Shown: piece after piece, positions 47,736-58,494 of the stretch | How positions within the stretch are numbered: position 1 is the stretch's first letter | Layout: each line of letters starts with the position of its first letter | Assembly (NCBI GenBank): GCA_963665125.2 | Contig: CAXXUK010000001.1 | Coordinates: 1,024,001-1,088,000 of the forward strand | Length of the DNA stretch: 64,000 nt | Direction of reading: 5' to 3' | From: an uncultured Desulfarculus sp. | Lineage (GTDB): Bacteria > Desulfobacterota > Desulfarculia > Desulfarculales > Desulfarculaceae | Program-made: the position numbers and the translations under genes | Notes under the pieces: generated by a model | Told to the model about the DNA's origin: nothing | Databases searched by the model: none | The model's input: only the letters and a program-made list of their open reading frames with translations

Positions 47736-48800
47736 ATGAACCGGCAAGCGCCCGCCTCGGTAAAAAGAGCGCTGGTGATCAAGCTGGGCCATATCGGCGA
47801 CGTATTGGTGACCACGCCGGTTGTCCGGGCCCTGCATGAGGCCTGGCCCGGCGTGCGCGTGACCATGGTGGTCAACCAGGGCACCGAAGCCATGGTTGAC
47901 CACAACCCGCAAATAGAACAGGTGTTGGTGGTCAGGCGCGACCTGAACGGCATGGCCGCTTTGCGCGGCCAACTGGCCCTTTTGGGCGCGCTGCGTTCCA
48001 GCCGGTTTGATCTGGCCCTGGAACTCAGCGGCGGCGACCGGGGCGCGTTGCTTTGCCGGGCCAGCGGGGCAGGGCTGCGGGTGGGTTTTGAGCCCAAAAA
48101 AACCCATTTCCGGGCCAAGGCGTTTCATATGCTGGTGGATCAGCGGGGCACCCAGAATCATGTGGTGGATACGTTTCTGCGCCAGCCCAGGGCCCTTGGT
48201 TTGGAGCCCGATGACACGCGAATGCTATTCGAGCCGGGCAGGGAGGCCAAGGCTAGGGCGGAGGGCATCCTTACAGAAGCTGGGCTCACCGACAGACCTT
48301 TTGCTTTGGTTCATCCCACCAGCCGCTGGATGTTCAAGTGCTGGACCACCGGCGGCGTGGCCGAGGTTATAGGCCGCCTCCGGGAACGCGGATTGGCTAT
48401 TGTGCTGACCTGCGCTCCGGATGAACATGAAATGCGGTATAATTACCAGGTTTTGGAAAAGGCCGGCACACAAGATGTCCTGGACCTTTCGGGCAAGGTC
48501 GACTTGCTCCTGCTGGGTGCGTTGATAGAACGCGCCAAACTTTTTTTCGGTGTGGATAGCGCGCCCATGCACATGGCCGCGGCCCTGGGCACACCCGTGG
48601 CGGCGATTTTCGGGCCGTCCGGCGATGTCATGTGGGGGCCCTGGAAAGTGGCCAACCAGACGATTACCGGCGATTGCACGGAGAGGCCCTGCGGCCGTGA
48701 CGGCTGCAACGGCAGCAAGGTGAGCCGCTGTCTGGAAGAACTGGAGCCCGGCAAGGTAATCACCGCCGTCGATGTCCTGCTGAACGAGGCAACGAACTGA
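47736..48800 (+). CDS. waaQ: Heptosyltransferase III-like (GT9)
   Basis: IKLGHIGDVL, HPTSRWMFKCW, GVDSAPMH. Confidence 0.88.
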   Translation: MNRQAPASVKRALVIKLGHIGDVLVTTPVVRALHEAWPGVRVTMVVNQGTEAMVDHNPQIEQVLVVRRDLNGMAALRGQLALLGALRSSRFDLALELSGGDRGALLCRASGAGLRVGFEPKKTHFRAKAFHMLVDQRGTQNHVVDTFLRQPRALGLEPDDTRMLFEPGREAKARAEGILTEAGLTDRPFALVHPTSRWMFKCWTTGGVAEVIGRLRERGLAIVLTCAPDEHEMRYNYQVLEKAGTQDVLDLSGKVDLLLLGALIERAKLFFGVDSAPMHMAAALGTPVAAIFGPSGDVMWGPWKVANQTITGDCTERPCGRDGCNGSKVSRCLEELEPGKVITAVDVLLNEATN

Positions 48801-49906
48801 TGCGCATAGGCCTGGCCAGATTCAAATACGACGACTCCGGCGGTGCGGAGAAGTCCCTTTTGCTGCTGGCCAAGGGGCTCATGGACAGGGGGCACGAGGT
48901 CCACGTGGTGACCACTAACTGGCAGGGCGACAGGCCCGAGGGCCTGCACGTACACTATGCCTTTGTGGACAACACGCCGCCCCGGGCGCAACTCAAGGAT
49001 TGGGCTCTGGCTTCCAGGGTGCAGATGGCCAAATGCAAGGTTAATACTTTTTTGAGCCTCGACCGCATACCCGGCAGTCCGGTGGTTCGGGCCGGGGACG
49101 GCTGCCACGCCGCCTGGCTGGATAGACGCTCGGTGTATTGCTCGGCCTTGAAGCGCTGGTCGTTCGAGGTCAATCCCAAGCACCGCACTTTTCTGGATCT
49201 GGAACGGCGGACCTTTGCCGCGCCGGAATTGCAGAGGGTCATCGCCAACAGCAACATGGTGGCCAGGGAACTGCACCAATATTGCGGCGTGCCCATGGAA
49301 AAGATCAGCGTGGTCTACAACGGCGTGGATGAAAATCATCTGGGCGCCAGGGCTGATTCTCGGCAAAGGGAACAGGCCAGGCGCGAGTTGCGGATCGACA
49401 AACCGGCCCTATTGTTTCTGGGTTCCGGGTTTGAAAGAAAAGGCCTGGAATTCGCCATCAGGGCCATGGGCCATTTGCCAGATGCCGAGCTTTTGGTGGT
49501 GGGCAAGGACCGCATCGGCCGTTATCAGCGACTGGCCCGCAAAACCGGTGTTGCCGGCAGGATCAGATTCATGGGCAAGCAGAGCGGCATAGCAAGCTTA
49601 TTGGCCGCAGCCGACGCCATGGTTCTGCCCACCATATACGACCCCTGCGCCAATGCCTGCCTGGAGGCCCTTTGGGCCGGGCTGCCGGTGGTTACCACCA
49701 GTGGCAACGGGGCGGCGGAGTTGATCGATCCGGGGCTCAGCGGGTATGTCATCGACAGGCCTGATTTTGATACTGAATTGGCACGGTTGTGCGCGGACGC
49801 CATGAAACTGGACAGAAACTTTACACATAAGGTGCCCACCATGGATAGATGGCTGGACCAGACAATAGCCGTGTTGGAAAACACCGTGGCCGGAGGGCGG
49901 CAATGA
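48800..49906 (+). CDS. waaG: GT4 glycosyltransferase, WaaG-like
   Basis: GGAE, RAGDG, FLGSGFERKG, YDPCANACLEA; follows waaQ. Confidence 0.75.
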   Translation: MRIGLARFKYDDSGGAEKSLLLLAKGLMDRGHEVHVVTTNWQGDRPEGLHVHYAFVDNTPPRAQLKDWALASRVQMAKCKVNTFLSLDRIPGSPVVRAGDGCHAAWLDRRSVYCSALKRWSFEVNPKHRTFLDLERRTFAAPELQRVIANSNMVARELHQYCGVPMEKISVVYNGVDENHLGARADSRQREQARRELRIDKPALLFLGSGFERKGLEFAIRAMGHLPDAELLVVGKDRIGRYQRLARKTGVAGRIRFMGKQSGIASLLAAADAMVLPTIYDPCANACLEALWAGLPVVTTSGNGAAELIDPGLSGYVIDRPDFDTELARLCADAMKLDRNFTHKVPTMDRWLDQTIAVLENTVAGGRQ

Positions 49907-50907
49907 ACAGGCCCAAGGCCTTGGCCGTCTGCACCACGGCCATCGGAGATACGCTGTTGAGCATACCGGCCCTGGAATGTCTGGGCCGCTCGTACGACCT
50001 CGACGTTTTGGTGCATCAACACCGCCTGGCCCTGCTGGAGAACCAGCCCCACATACGCAGGCTTTTTGCTTATCGCAACAATGCCGTTTTTCGTCTTACC
50101 CTGGCTTGGCGCCTGTGCCGCATGCATTATGACCGTCTGGTGATCATGCACGCCAACGACGACCTGAAAAAATTGATGCCCAGGATCAAATATGACAAGG
50201 CCTACAACATCCAGGGTTGGCGGGAAAAAGCCCTTAGGATAGAGGCCCTGGACCTGCCCCAGGATATGCATGTGGTGGACAAGCGCCTGATCATGGCTCA
50301 ACTGGCCGGTGGCACTGAAAACGTCGATCCGGCTCCCAGGGTGTACCTGCTGGAGGAGGAAAAGCGCGAGGCCGAAAATTGGCTCGTAGAAAAAGGCCTT
50401 CCCGCCGACAGACGCCGGGTTGCTTTTGTGCCCGGAGCCGCGAATCTTTTTAAGCGCTGGCCTGCCCAGTGCTTCGGTGACGTTGCCAGGCATTTGCATA
50501 AAATGGGCATCGGGGTTTTTTGCGTGGGCACCGGCTCGGAGATGAACCTCTTTGAGGAAATAGAAAAAGTGGCCGGCGCTCCTGTGCCCAGGCTCGTTGA
50601 TGTGCCGCTACGGCGTTTGGCCTCGGGTATAAGCCGGGCCGACATCCTTTTAACCAACGATACGGGCCCGCTGCACATGGGCCAGGCCGTGGGCACCAGG
50701 GTGCTGGGCTTGTTCGGCCCCACGGACCCGGACACCATCGGCCCCAGAGGGCCCCACCATCGCGTCGTCAAGGTTCCCAGGACATGCAATCCCTGCCGGA
50801 CAAAGCAATGCGAAGACCCTAAATGTATGCAAAATCTCAGGGTTGAGCAGGTTCTTGGTGTTTTGGATGAAATGATCGAGCACCTTGATGAAACAGTGGA
50901 GCGTTAG
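49903..50907 (+). CDS. GT9 glycosyltransferase (fourth)
   Basis: TAIGDTL, KRWP, NDTGPLH, LFGPT. Confidence 0.88.
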   Translation: MNRPKALAVCTTAIGDTLLSIPALECLGRSYDLDVLVHQHRLALLENQPHIRRLFAYRNNAVFRLTLAWRLCRMHYDRLVIMHANDDLKKLMPRIKYDKAYNIQGWREKALRIEALDLPQDMHVVDKRLIMAQLAGGTENVDPAPRVYLLEEEKREAENWLVEKGLPADRRRVAFVPGAANLFKRWPAQCFGDVARHLHKMGIGVFCVGTGSEMNLFEEIEKVAGAPVPRLVDVPLRRLASGISRADILLTNDTGPLHMGQAVGTRVLGLFGPTDPDTIGPRGPHHRVVKVPRTCNPCRTKQCEDPKCMQNLRVEQVLGVLDEMIEHLDETVER

Positions 50908-50912
50908 TTCTA

Positions 50913-52085
50913 TTGAGGCTGGCATTCGCATATCCGGAGCATCTCTATTTCGAACGCGCCCGGCTGTTGCAGATCAGCGCCACCATCAAGGCACTGACGG
51001 ACTTGGGAGCGGGGGTGGAGTTTATCGTTGGCCGGTTCAGGGGGCTGGACCAGCGGCTGGCCAAGATGGGGTTGGGCGGCGTCAGCGGCCTTGATGTCAA
51101 TGCCGTTGCCATGTGCCAAAAGGGGCCGGGCAAGATCGCGCCGCTGTCATGGCACGGCGTTTATCACCGGGCCTGCCTAAGGGCGCTGTCCCGGCCCGCC
51201 GCCAAGGGTCTGTCCGCCGTTTTGGTGCGCCATTTGAAACTGGCCGACCATCTGCTGGCCAATAAAACGAAACTGGCTGTGCCCCTTGTCTTTGAAGCCC
51301 ATGAATTGTTCAGCGTCACAGCCCAGGAAGAAGGCATGGGCGGCGAAAAACTCTCCAGTCTGCGCGATATGGAAAAAAGGGTTTTATCTGGCGCGGACAA
51401 GGTTATTGCCATCAGCGCCCCCCTGGCCGATGAGCTGGCTCGCAATTGGGGCGTAAGGAGCAAGGTTGATGTTCTGGCCTCGGGCGTGGATGAAATGTTC
51501 CTTGAAGCCCGCCAGGACCGCCGCCAGGATGATCTGGTGGTGTATGCCGGGGGGCTGGGCCCCTGGAAGGGCGTTGATCTGCTGGTTGACGCTGTTGCCG
51601 AAACCAAAAGCGCCCACCTGGAAATACTCGGCGGTTCGCCCGAGAGCCCGGACTGGCACCGCTTGTTGACCCTGGCCGAACTGGCTGGAATGAGCTCAAG
51701 GATCACCCTGAGGCGCAGGGCCGGGAAAGACCAGGTCCTTGATTTGTTGGAAAGGGCGGCAATCGCCGTATGGCCGGGAACGGCCAGGCAACGGATCGCC
51801 GCCGAGTTTACAAGCCCGCTGAAATTGTTCGAATACATGGCCGCCGGTTGCGCCGTGATGGCTCCAGATGTGCCGGCGGCCAGGGCCTTGTTGCGTGATG
51901 GGCAGCAGGCGGTGCTTTTCGAGCCCGATGATCCGGCGTCCCTGGCCGATGCCATTGAAGCTCTGTTGGCCGATCGCGAAAAAAGGCTTCGGCTGGGCCG
52001 GGCCGCCCGGGAATTGGCCCACGACTACACCTGGCTCAAGAGGGCTCAAAAGCTAATGGCCATTACCGGAGAGATGGCGTCGTGA
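50913..52085 (+). CDS. GT4 glycosyltransferase
   Basis: FEAHE, YAGGLGPWKG, SPLKLFEYMAAG. Confidence 0.88.
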   Translation: MRLAFAYPEHLYFERARLLQISATIKALTDLGAGVEFIVGRFRGLDQRLAKMGLGGVSGLDVNAVAMCQKGPGKIAPLSWHGVYHRACLRALSRPAAKGLSAVLVRHLKLADHLLANKTKLAVPLVFEAHELFSVTAQEEGMGGEKLSSLRDMEKRVLSGADKVIAISAPLADELARNWGVRSKVDVLASGVDEMFLEARQDRRQDDLVVYAGGLGPWKGVDLLVDAVAETKSAHLEILGGSPESPDWHRLLTLAELAGMSSRITLRRRAGKDQVLDLLERAAIAVWPGTARQRIAAEFTSPLKLFEYMAAGCAVMAPDVPAARALLRDGQQAVLFEPDDPASLADAIEALLADREKRLRLGRAARELAHDYTWLKRAQKLMAITGEMAS

Positions 52086-53197
52086 AGTGGGCGTTGTACA
52101 ATCTGACCAGCACCACCCAGAGCGGCGGTGTGGAAACCGGGGTCTGGCGTCTGGCCAATACCCTGGCCGCCATGGGTCATCAAGTTGATATCATTGGTGG
52201 AACGGTTAAAATAAACCTGCCTCGGACTCATGAGTTGGTGCGGGTTGTCGAGTTCGGCTATCGCGACCGGGACAATTTTCCCGATTTGGGTTCACGGGCC
52301 CGCAAATTCATGGAGCGCCTCAGTTTCGCCTGCAACGCCGGGCCCATGCTGCGCGGTAACGGTTATGACAGGGTGATGCTGTTCAAGACCTATGACGTGG
52401 CGCCGGGGCTGTGGTACATGCGGGGCAGGCCCGGCCTGGTCGGCTACCTGAGCGGAGGCACCGAGTATTATCCCGGCTATGCCCGGCTGGGCCGTAAATT
52501 GGACTATCTGGCCTGCGTCAGCCGGTTCAACGCGGCACAGATGACCAAGGCCACCGGCTTGGCGCCCGAAGTGAACTACCTTGGTGTTGATACGGATTGC
52601 TTTTATCCCGCCGAGCCGGATAAGGAGCTGGCCGAAGCCGCTGGAATCGAACCGGATGATGAGGTGATCGTCAGCGCCGTGCGTCTGGTTGCCTTAAAGG
52701 GCGTGCAGCGGGCCATCCAGGCCATGGCCCTGTTGGCCGAGAAACGGCCCCGCCTGCGCATGCTGGTGGCCGGCCAGGGGCCATACAAGTCCGAACTGGA
52801 AAAAGAGGCCCAACGGCTGGGGCTGAAAAACAGGGTCTTTTTCACGGGGCTCTTGCCCCAGGAGCGTCTGGCCGGCTTCTACGCCCTGGGTCATGTCGCC
52901 GTGTTCCCCAGCCTTGGCGAGGAGGCCCTGGGCCTTTCTCCGGCCGAGGCCATGGCCTGCGGGGTGCCGGTGATCGCCAGCGACTTGGGCGGCCTGCCAG
53001 AGGTTGTCGGAGACTGCGGAATCCTGGTTCGGCAGCGCGACGTGCAAAGCCTGGCCACGGCCATCGAGAGGCTAATTGATGACGGTACTTTGCGTGAGCG
53101 GATGATCTCCGGCGGCAAGCAGCGGGTCTTGAAGCTGTTTACATGGCAGGCCTGCGCCCAAAGAATGATCGACGGATTCAAGCCAAAGGGAGACTAA
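52082..53197 (+). CDS. GT4 glycosyltransferase
   Basis: GGVE, RLVALKG, EALGLSPAEAMACG. Confidence 0.9.
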   Translation: MKWALYNLTSTTQSGGVETGVWRLANTLAAMGHQVDIIGGTVKINLPRTHELVRVVEFGYRDRDNFPDLGSRARKFMERLSFACNAGPMLRGNGYDRVMLFKTYDVAPGLWYMRGRPGLVGYLSGGTEYYPGYARLGRKLDYLACVSRFNAAQMTKATGLAPEVNYLGVDTDCFYPAEPDKELAEAAGIEPDDEVIVSAVRLVALKGVQRAIQAMALLAEKRPRLRMLVAGQGPYKSELEKEAQRLGLKNRVFFTGLLPQERLAGFYALGHVAVFPSLGEEALGLSPAEAMACGVPVIASDLGGLPEVVGDCGILVRQRDVQSLATAIERLIDDGTLRERMISGGKQRVLKLFTWQACAQRMIDGFKPKGD

Positions 53198-53198
53198 A

Positions 53199-54284
53199 TT
53201 GTCAGTCCTTTCGAGGCTATTCAACATAATAATACTGCACCGTTTCAACGATGACCCCGGCCCCTACGATGCATCAAAGGTCAGGAAAATCCTGGTGGTG
53301 CGCAACGACAACATAGGCGATGTGATCTGTACCACGCCCATGCTCGACGCCCTCAGGGAGGCCTTCCCCCAGGCCCATATCGCCGCGGTTGTCTGCACCC
53401 TGGCCGAAGAGGCCATCACCGGCCACCGGGCCCTGGACAAGCTGTGGGTCTACCCCAAGGCCAAACACAAGCAATACGGCGCGTGGCAATCTCTGCGCAT
53501 GCTGCAAAAGATGTTGTCCGACATCCGCCGCGAAGGCTATGACCTGGTCCTGGCCCCGCGGTCGTCGTTTTCGTCGTCCCAGGCCTGGCTGGCCTATGCC
53601 AGCGGCGGACGCTGGCGCTATGGCCCAAGGGCAAAAGGCAAAAAGGAGCGGTGGGCATTTTATTACAACATGGGCGTGGATTGGCCGCCAAGCAACATCC
53701 ACGAGGTCCAGCGTTGCTTTGATTTGCTCAGGCATATCAATGTTGACAGCGCCGATAAAAGTTTATATCTGAATGTTCCAAAAGAGTCTGCGGACAAAGC
53801 CGCAGCTTTTTTGAAAAAACACGGCTTGAAACCCGGCAGTCCACCCATATTGGTCAACGTTACGCGGTGGCAGTACAGCGCTTTTCGGCGTTGGCCCGAG
53901 GAACGCTACCGTCAACTGGTCGAGAGGCTGATGAAACGGCCCGAGGGATTGGTGGTCACCCATGCCCCGGCCGACCGGGAATGGATCTCCGGCCTGCTTG
54001 CCGGGCTGGATGTTCCGGTTTTCTGGTCCAGGAGCCTCAAGGATTTCGCGGCCATGATCAAGTCTGTGTCTGTGTTCGCCACTGTTGAAGGCGGGCCCAT
54101 GCACATCGCGGCGGCCGTGCATACGCCCCAGGTGGTTATCTGGAGCAAACGCACACCCCTTGATGTCTGGACACCGTGGAACGCGCCGTTTTTACCGCTC
54201 AAGGCCGAGGAGAAAGTGGAGGAAATCCAGGTTGACGCCGTGGTGAAGGCTGTGGAAAAGTTGTTGGCGGAACGAGAGGTTTAG
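53199..54284 (+). CDS. GT9 glycosyltransferase (fifth, divergent)
   Basis: RNDNIGDVI, RRWP, EGGPMHIAAA. Confidence 0.85.
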   Translation: MSVLSRLFNIIILHRFNDDPGPYDASKVRKILVVRNDNIGDVICTTPMLDALREAFPQAHIAAVVCTLAEEAITGHRALDKLWVYPKAKHKQYGAWQSLRMLQKMLSDIRREGYDLVLAPRSSFSSSQAWLAYASGGRWRYGPRAKGKKERWAFYYNMGVDWPPSNIHEVQRCFDLLRHINVDSADKSLYLNVPKESADKAAAFLKKHGLKPGSPPILVNVTRWQYSAFRRWPEERYRQLVERLMKRPEGLVVTHAPADREWISGLLAGLDVPVFWSRSLKDFAAMIKSVSVFATVEGGPMHIAAAVHTPQVVIWSKRTPLDVWTPWNAPFLPLKAEEKVEEIQVDAVVKAVEKLLAEREV

Positions 54285-54286
54285 TT

Positions 54287-55321
54287 ATGGCACTGGCCTT
54301 TGATATACAAAAAATGAAAGACGCCGTGGAACGATTTTCCATGGCCCGCATCCTGGTCATCGGCGATGTGATGCTCGATCAATTCATCTGGGGCAGGGTG
54401 GGGCGCATTTCGCCCGAGGCCCCGGTGCCGGTGGTGGAGGTCGACCAGGAGACATACATGCTCGGCGGCGCGGCCAACGTGGTGCACAACCTGGCCGCCT
54501 TGGGCTGCCGTACTTTGGTCTGCGGTTTGGTGGGCGACGACGAAGCGGGACGCCAGGTGTGCGAGCTGCTGGAAGACCTTGAGGTGCCCTGCGACGGCAT
54601 AATCAAGTCCGACTCCCGGCCCACGACGGTCAAGACCCGTGTCGTGGCCCACAGTCAGCAGGTGGTCAGAGTAGACCGGGAACACCGCCTGCCGGCCAGG
54701 GACGCGGAAATCGAGGATTTGCAGGCATACCTGGACAAGGTTCTGCCCGACTGCGACGCCGTGATCATCAGCGACTACGCCAAGGGCGTAATCACCGGCA
54801 GGCTGCTGGAGCCGCTGATGCAAAAATCCCGCAAGGGCCAGAAAATAATAACCGTGGACCCCAAAGTGGTGAACATGTCGCTTTACGCCGGGGCCACCGT
54901 GATTACGCCCAACCACCACGAGGCCGTGGCCGCGGCCCGCATCAACGGCGACGATCCCAAGGCGGTGATCAAGGCCGGGCGGCGGCTGCTGGAAGAACTG
55001 GAAGCCCGCTACGTGTTGGTGACCCAGAGCGAAAGAGGCATGACCCTGTTCACCAAGGGCCACGAGACCCACATTCCGACAATGGCTAAAAAAGTCTTTG
55101 ACGTCACCGGAGCCGGCGATACGGTGATCAGCACCCTGACCCTTGGGCTGGTGGCCGGGCTGACCCCCCAGGACGCCGCGGCCATGGCCAACTTCGCCGC
55201 CGGAGTGGTGGTCGGCGAGGTGGGCACATCTGCCGTTACGGCGGGCAGGCTGGCCCGGGCCCTGGATGAAAACGCCCAGGCCCTGTCTCAGCTTAGCCTG
55301 GAAAACCATAATGCTCACTAG
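54287..55321 (+). CDS. hldA: Heptose-7-phosphate kinase (monofunctional RfaE1/HldA)
   Basis: GDVMLD, RISPEAPVP, GGAANV, SDYAKG, DVTGAGDTV; no adenylyltransferase domain. Confidence 0.93.
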   Translation: MALAFDIQKMKDAVERFSMARILVIGDVMLDQFIWGRVGRISPEAPVPVVEVDQETYMLGGAANVVHNLAALGCRTLVCGLVGDDEAGRQVCELLEDLEVPCDGIIKSDSRPTTVKTRVVAHSQQVVRVDREHRLPARDAEIEDLQAYLDKVLPDCDAVIISDYAKGVITGRLLEPLMQKSRKGQKIITVDPKVVNMSLYAGATVITPNHHEAVAAARINGDDPKAVIKAGRRLLEELEARYVLVTQSERGMTLFTKGHETHIPTMAKKVFDVTGAGDTVISTLTLGLVAGLTPQDAAAMANFAAGVVVGEVGTSAVTAGRLARALDENAQALSQLSLENHNAH

Positions 55322-55330
55322 GGCGGTGCG

Positions 55331-56614
55331 ATGATTGCCAGCCATGCATTAAACATGAACCGGCAAATACTGGCGGGCTGTTCCTTCCGCACGGCGCGGA
55401 TATTTCTGCTCCTGCTGATAATTGTCCTGCCCATGGCCGCCATAACCGCCACCCGCGAGGTGGCCATGGCCGGCTTGGCCCTGTTTCTGGCCATAAGCTG
55501 GTGGGCCCGTAACGGCCTGAGTTTTCGTAAAACCGCGGTTTTTCTGCCCTTGGTTTTTTACGCCTTTTGCGCCGTGTTCAGCCTGGTTTCGGCCGTGGAT
55601 TTCAAATACTCGCTCAGCGAGGTGCGCTCCGAGATTATCAAGCCGCTGGTTATTTTCTACAGCGGAGTGCATTTTGTGGATCGACCCGAACACCTGCGCC
55701 AGGCCTATGCCGGAATCCTGGTCTGCGCGGCGTTGATGGTGGTCTGCGGCATCCTGCTGTTTTTCCATAACGGCGGCAGCCTGCTCAACTATCAGCTACG
55801 GGCCGGGTCTTTGCACAACGGCTACGGCACGTTCAGCACCTTCCTGGTGACCGTCTGGCCGTTTGTCGTGCTGTCGGCTTTTATCTTCGATCAGCAGAGT
55901 TTGCGCAAGCCTCTCTGGCTGTTGACCGGCCTGACGGCCTTTGCCGGCTACATCACCTTCAGCCGGGCGTGCTGGATGAGCATGCTTGTGGAATTGTGGC
56001 TGGTTTGGGTTGTAATCAGCAAGAAACGGCTCAAGGTCCTGGCGTCCGGCGTGGCCGTGATTTTGATCGGGCTGTTTATTTTCTCCATGCTGCCCGGATC
56101 GCGCCACGGCGAAAATTGGGATGAACTCATGGACCGGCCCCACGAAATAGGCGGAACCACCGGTGACCTGTTCGTAGTGTGGGAACACACCCTGGGCCAG
56201 ATAGCCAAACACCCGTTTACGGGAATCGGCCTGGGCCGTCACAGCTTTTCCAAGGCGTATCCGGACTTTCGTGACGATAATCAGCCGCTTTTGTGGCACG
56301 CTCACAATATGTTTTTGGATATAGGCGTACAAACCGGCGTACAAGGGCTGCTGGCCCTGTTGTGGTTCCTCGGCGCGCTTGTATACTATTGCTGGCCCAG
56401 AGCGCCGCTCCAAACCGGCCATGTGGGCTCCGTGTTCTGCGCGGCAACGGCGATAATGATCGCCGGTTTCTGCCTGCGCAATATGACAGACGACTTTTAT
56501 GCCGATGACTCGGCGCTGATGGTCTATCTTCTGGCAGGATTGGCCATGGGCGCCTACGAGGTCTTCACTGCGAAAAGCGAGGGCGACGCGGTCACGGCAG
56601 AGAACAATAAATAA
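55331..56614 (+). CDS. waaL: O-antigen ligase family protein
   Basis: Multi-TM; TFSRA, HPFTGIGLG, HAHN. Confidence 0.85.
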   Translation: MIASHALNMNRQILAGCSFRTARIFLLLLIIVLPMAAITATREVAMAGLALFLAISWWARNGLSFRKTAVFLPLVFYAFCAVFSLVSAVDFKYSLSEVRSEIIKPLVIFYSGVHFVDRPEHLRQAYAGILVCAALMVVCGILLFFHNGGSLLNYQLRAGSLHNGYGTFSTFLVTVWPFVVLSAFIFDQQSLRKPLWLLTGLTAFAGYITFSRACWMSMLVELWLVWVVISKKRLKVLASGVAVILIGLFIFSMLPGSRHGENWDELMDRPHEIGGTTGDLFVVWEHTLGQIAKHPFTGIGLGRHSFSKAYPDFRDDNQPLLWHAHNMFLDIGVQTGVQGLLALLWFLGALVYYCWPRAPLQTGHVGSVFCAATAIMIAGFCLRNMTDDFYADDSALMVYLLAGLAMGAYEVFTAKSEGDAVTAENNK

Positions 56615-56626
56615 GGATTTTTTAGC

Positions 56627-57937
56627 ATGAATATATGCGTCGTTGGCGTTGGTTACGTCGGCCTGGTTACCGGCACCTGCTTTGCCGAGTTCGGCCTCAA
56701 TGTCACTTGCGTTGATATTGATCCCCAGAAAATAGAAATGCTCAAACAGGGCAAATCGCCTATCTTCGAGCCGGGTCTTGAAGAACTCATGTCCAAAAAC
56801 ACCAGGGAAGGCCGTCTGCACTTTACCACCGACGTGGAAAAAAGCGTTGCCAACGCCTTGGTTGTGTTCATTGCCGTGGGCACGCCCCAGGGTGACGACG
56901 GCGCGGCTGATCTGCATTACGTCTATGACGTGGCCGAGGCAATCGGCCGGAACATGAACTCCTACAAGGTAGTGGTCACCAAGTCCACCGTGCCGGTGGG
57001 TACGGGCCAGAAAGTGGCCGAGGTTATCCGCAAGAACCAGAAAACGCCCATGAAATTCGATATGGTCTCCAACCCGGAGTTTTTGCGGGAAGGCTCGGCC
57101 ATCGAAGACTTCATGCGGCCCAACCGGGTGGTGATCGGCGCCGAGAGCGATCAGGCCCAGGCCATAATGAAAGACCTCTACGCCCCGTTGTACCTTATCG
57201 AGACCCCCTTTGTGGTCACCAACGTCGAAACGGCCGAGATGATCAAATACGCCTCCAACGCGTTTCTGGCCACCAAGATCAGCTTTATCAACGAGATGGC
57301 CAATATCTGCGAATTGGTCGGCGCCGACGTGCAGACCGTGGCCAAGGGCATGGGCCTGGATAGGCGCATCGGGCCCAAGTTCCTGCATGCCGGGCCCGGC
57401 TACGGCGGATCCTGCTTCCCCAAGGACACCGAAGCCATCGCCCACATAGCCAAGCAAAAGGGCTACACCTTCAAGATCGTCGAGACGGTGATGGAGGTGA
57501 ATCGCAACCAGCGTTTGATCATGACCGAAAAGATCAAAAAAGCCCTTGGCGGCGACGTGTCCGGCAAGACCATCGGCTGCCTGGGCCTGACCTTCAAGCC
57601 CAACACCGATGACATGCGCGAGGCGCCCAGCCTGACCATCCTGCCCGCCCTGATTCAGCAGGGGGCCACGGTCCGGGCCTTTGACCCGGTGGGCATGGAG
57701 GCCGCGGCGCCGCTTTTGGACGGCGTTGTGATGTGCGAAAACGCCTACGACGCCGTAAACGGCTGCGACGCCATGGTCCTGATGACCGAATGGAACCAGT
57801 TCCGCAACCTGGATCTGGAGAGGATCAAGCAGGCCATGAACGGCAATGTTATCTGCGACCTGCGCAATGTCTACAAAAAGGACCGTATGGTCCAGTGGGG
57901 CTTTGACTACCATAGCGTCGGCCGGGCCATAGACTAG
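56627..57937 (+). CDS. ugd: UDP-glucose 6-dehydrogenase
   Basis: GVGYVG, KSTVPVG, NPEFLREG, GYGGSCFPKD. Confidence 0.96.
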   Translation: MNICVVGVGYVGLVTGTCFAEFGLNVTCVDIDPQKIEMLKQGKSPIFEPGLEELMSKNTREGRLHFTTDVEKSVANALVVFIAVGTPQGDDGAADLHYVYDVAEAIGRNMNSYKVVVTKSTVPVGTGQKVAEVIRKNQKTPMKFDMVSNPEFLREGSAIEDFMRPNRVVIGAESDQAQAIMKDLYAPLYLIETPFVVTNVETAEMIKYASNAFLATKISFINEMANICELVGADVQTVAKGMGLDRRIGPKFLHAGPGYGGSCFPKDTEAIAHIAKQKGYTFKIVETVMEVNRNQRLIMTEKIKKALGGDVSGKTIGCLGLTFKPNTDDMREAPSLTILPALIQQGATVRAFDPVGMEAAAPLLDGVVMCENAYDAVNGCDAMVLMTEWNQFRNLDLERIKQAMNGNVICDLRNVYKKDRMVQWGFDYHSVGRAID

Positions 57938-57954
57938 GGCCGGGGCGGCCGGGC

Positions 57955-58494
57955 GTGGGCGAGTCAGCGAAGCTGGTGATTAGTCTGCTAGCTTCCGACG
58001 AGGCTATGCGGCTCAAGGCGCTTGATGGTTTGGTCAATGAGTTCGGTCCCCTTGTTTCCATGAGCCGGCCCCTGACGTTTGTCCACGGCGGTTATTATGA
58101 CCAGGAAATGGGGACGGGCCTGACCCGCAAGATCGCCGCGTTTCATGAGTTGGTGAAGCCCGACGACCTGGAGCGCATCAAACGGCGCTGCATGGACCTG
58201 GAGCGGCAATTGTCCGTCGACGGCGGGCGCACGGTAAATATCGATCCCGGTCTGCTCGGTTCCGGTTCGCTGGTCCTGGCCACCCATAAACCGGCGCTAC
58301 ACCGCACGCCAATGGGGCAGGGTCTTTTTTGCGAGCTTACGCTGTTTTTTCACCAGGGCCGGTTCCAGCCTCAGGTATGGACTTACCAGGACTACGCATC
58401 GGAAGAAATAATTCAAATACTGACATTGCTGCGGCAACGGTATTTATGGCAGCTTAGACATCTAGGCAACGGCAACAAGGAGCCAAATCAATGA
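57955..58494 (+). CDS. DUF4416-family protein
   Basis: YYDQEMG, RTVNIDPG, LVLATHK, WTYQDY. Confidence 0.8.
   Translation: MGESAKLVISLLASDEAMRLKALDGLVNEFGPLVSMSRPLTFVHGGYYDQEMGTGLTRKIAAFHELVKPDDLERIKRRCMDLERQLSVDGGRTVNIDPGLLGSGSLVLATHKPALHRTPMGQGLFCELTLFFHQGRFQPQVWTYQDYASEEIIQILTLLRQRYLWQLRHLGNGNKEPNQ

Noticed and set aside
55796..57913. 705-aa antisense ORF opposite waaL and ugd
   Set aside because: Shadow of conserved genes; no independent evidence.
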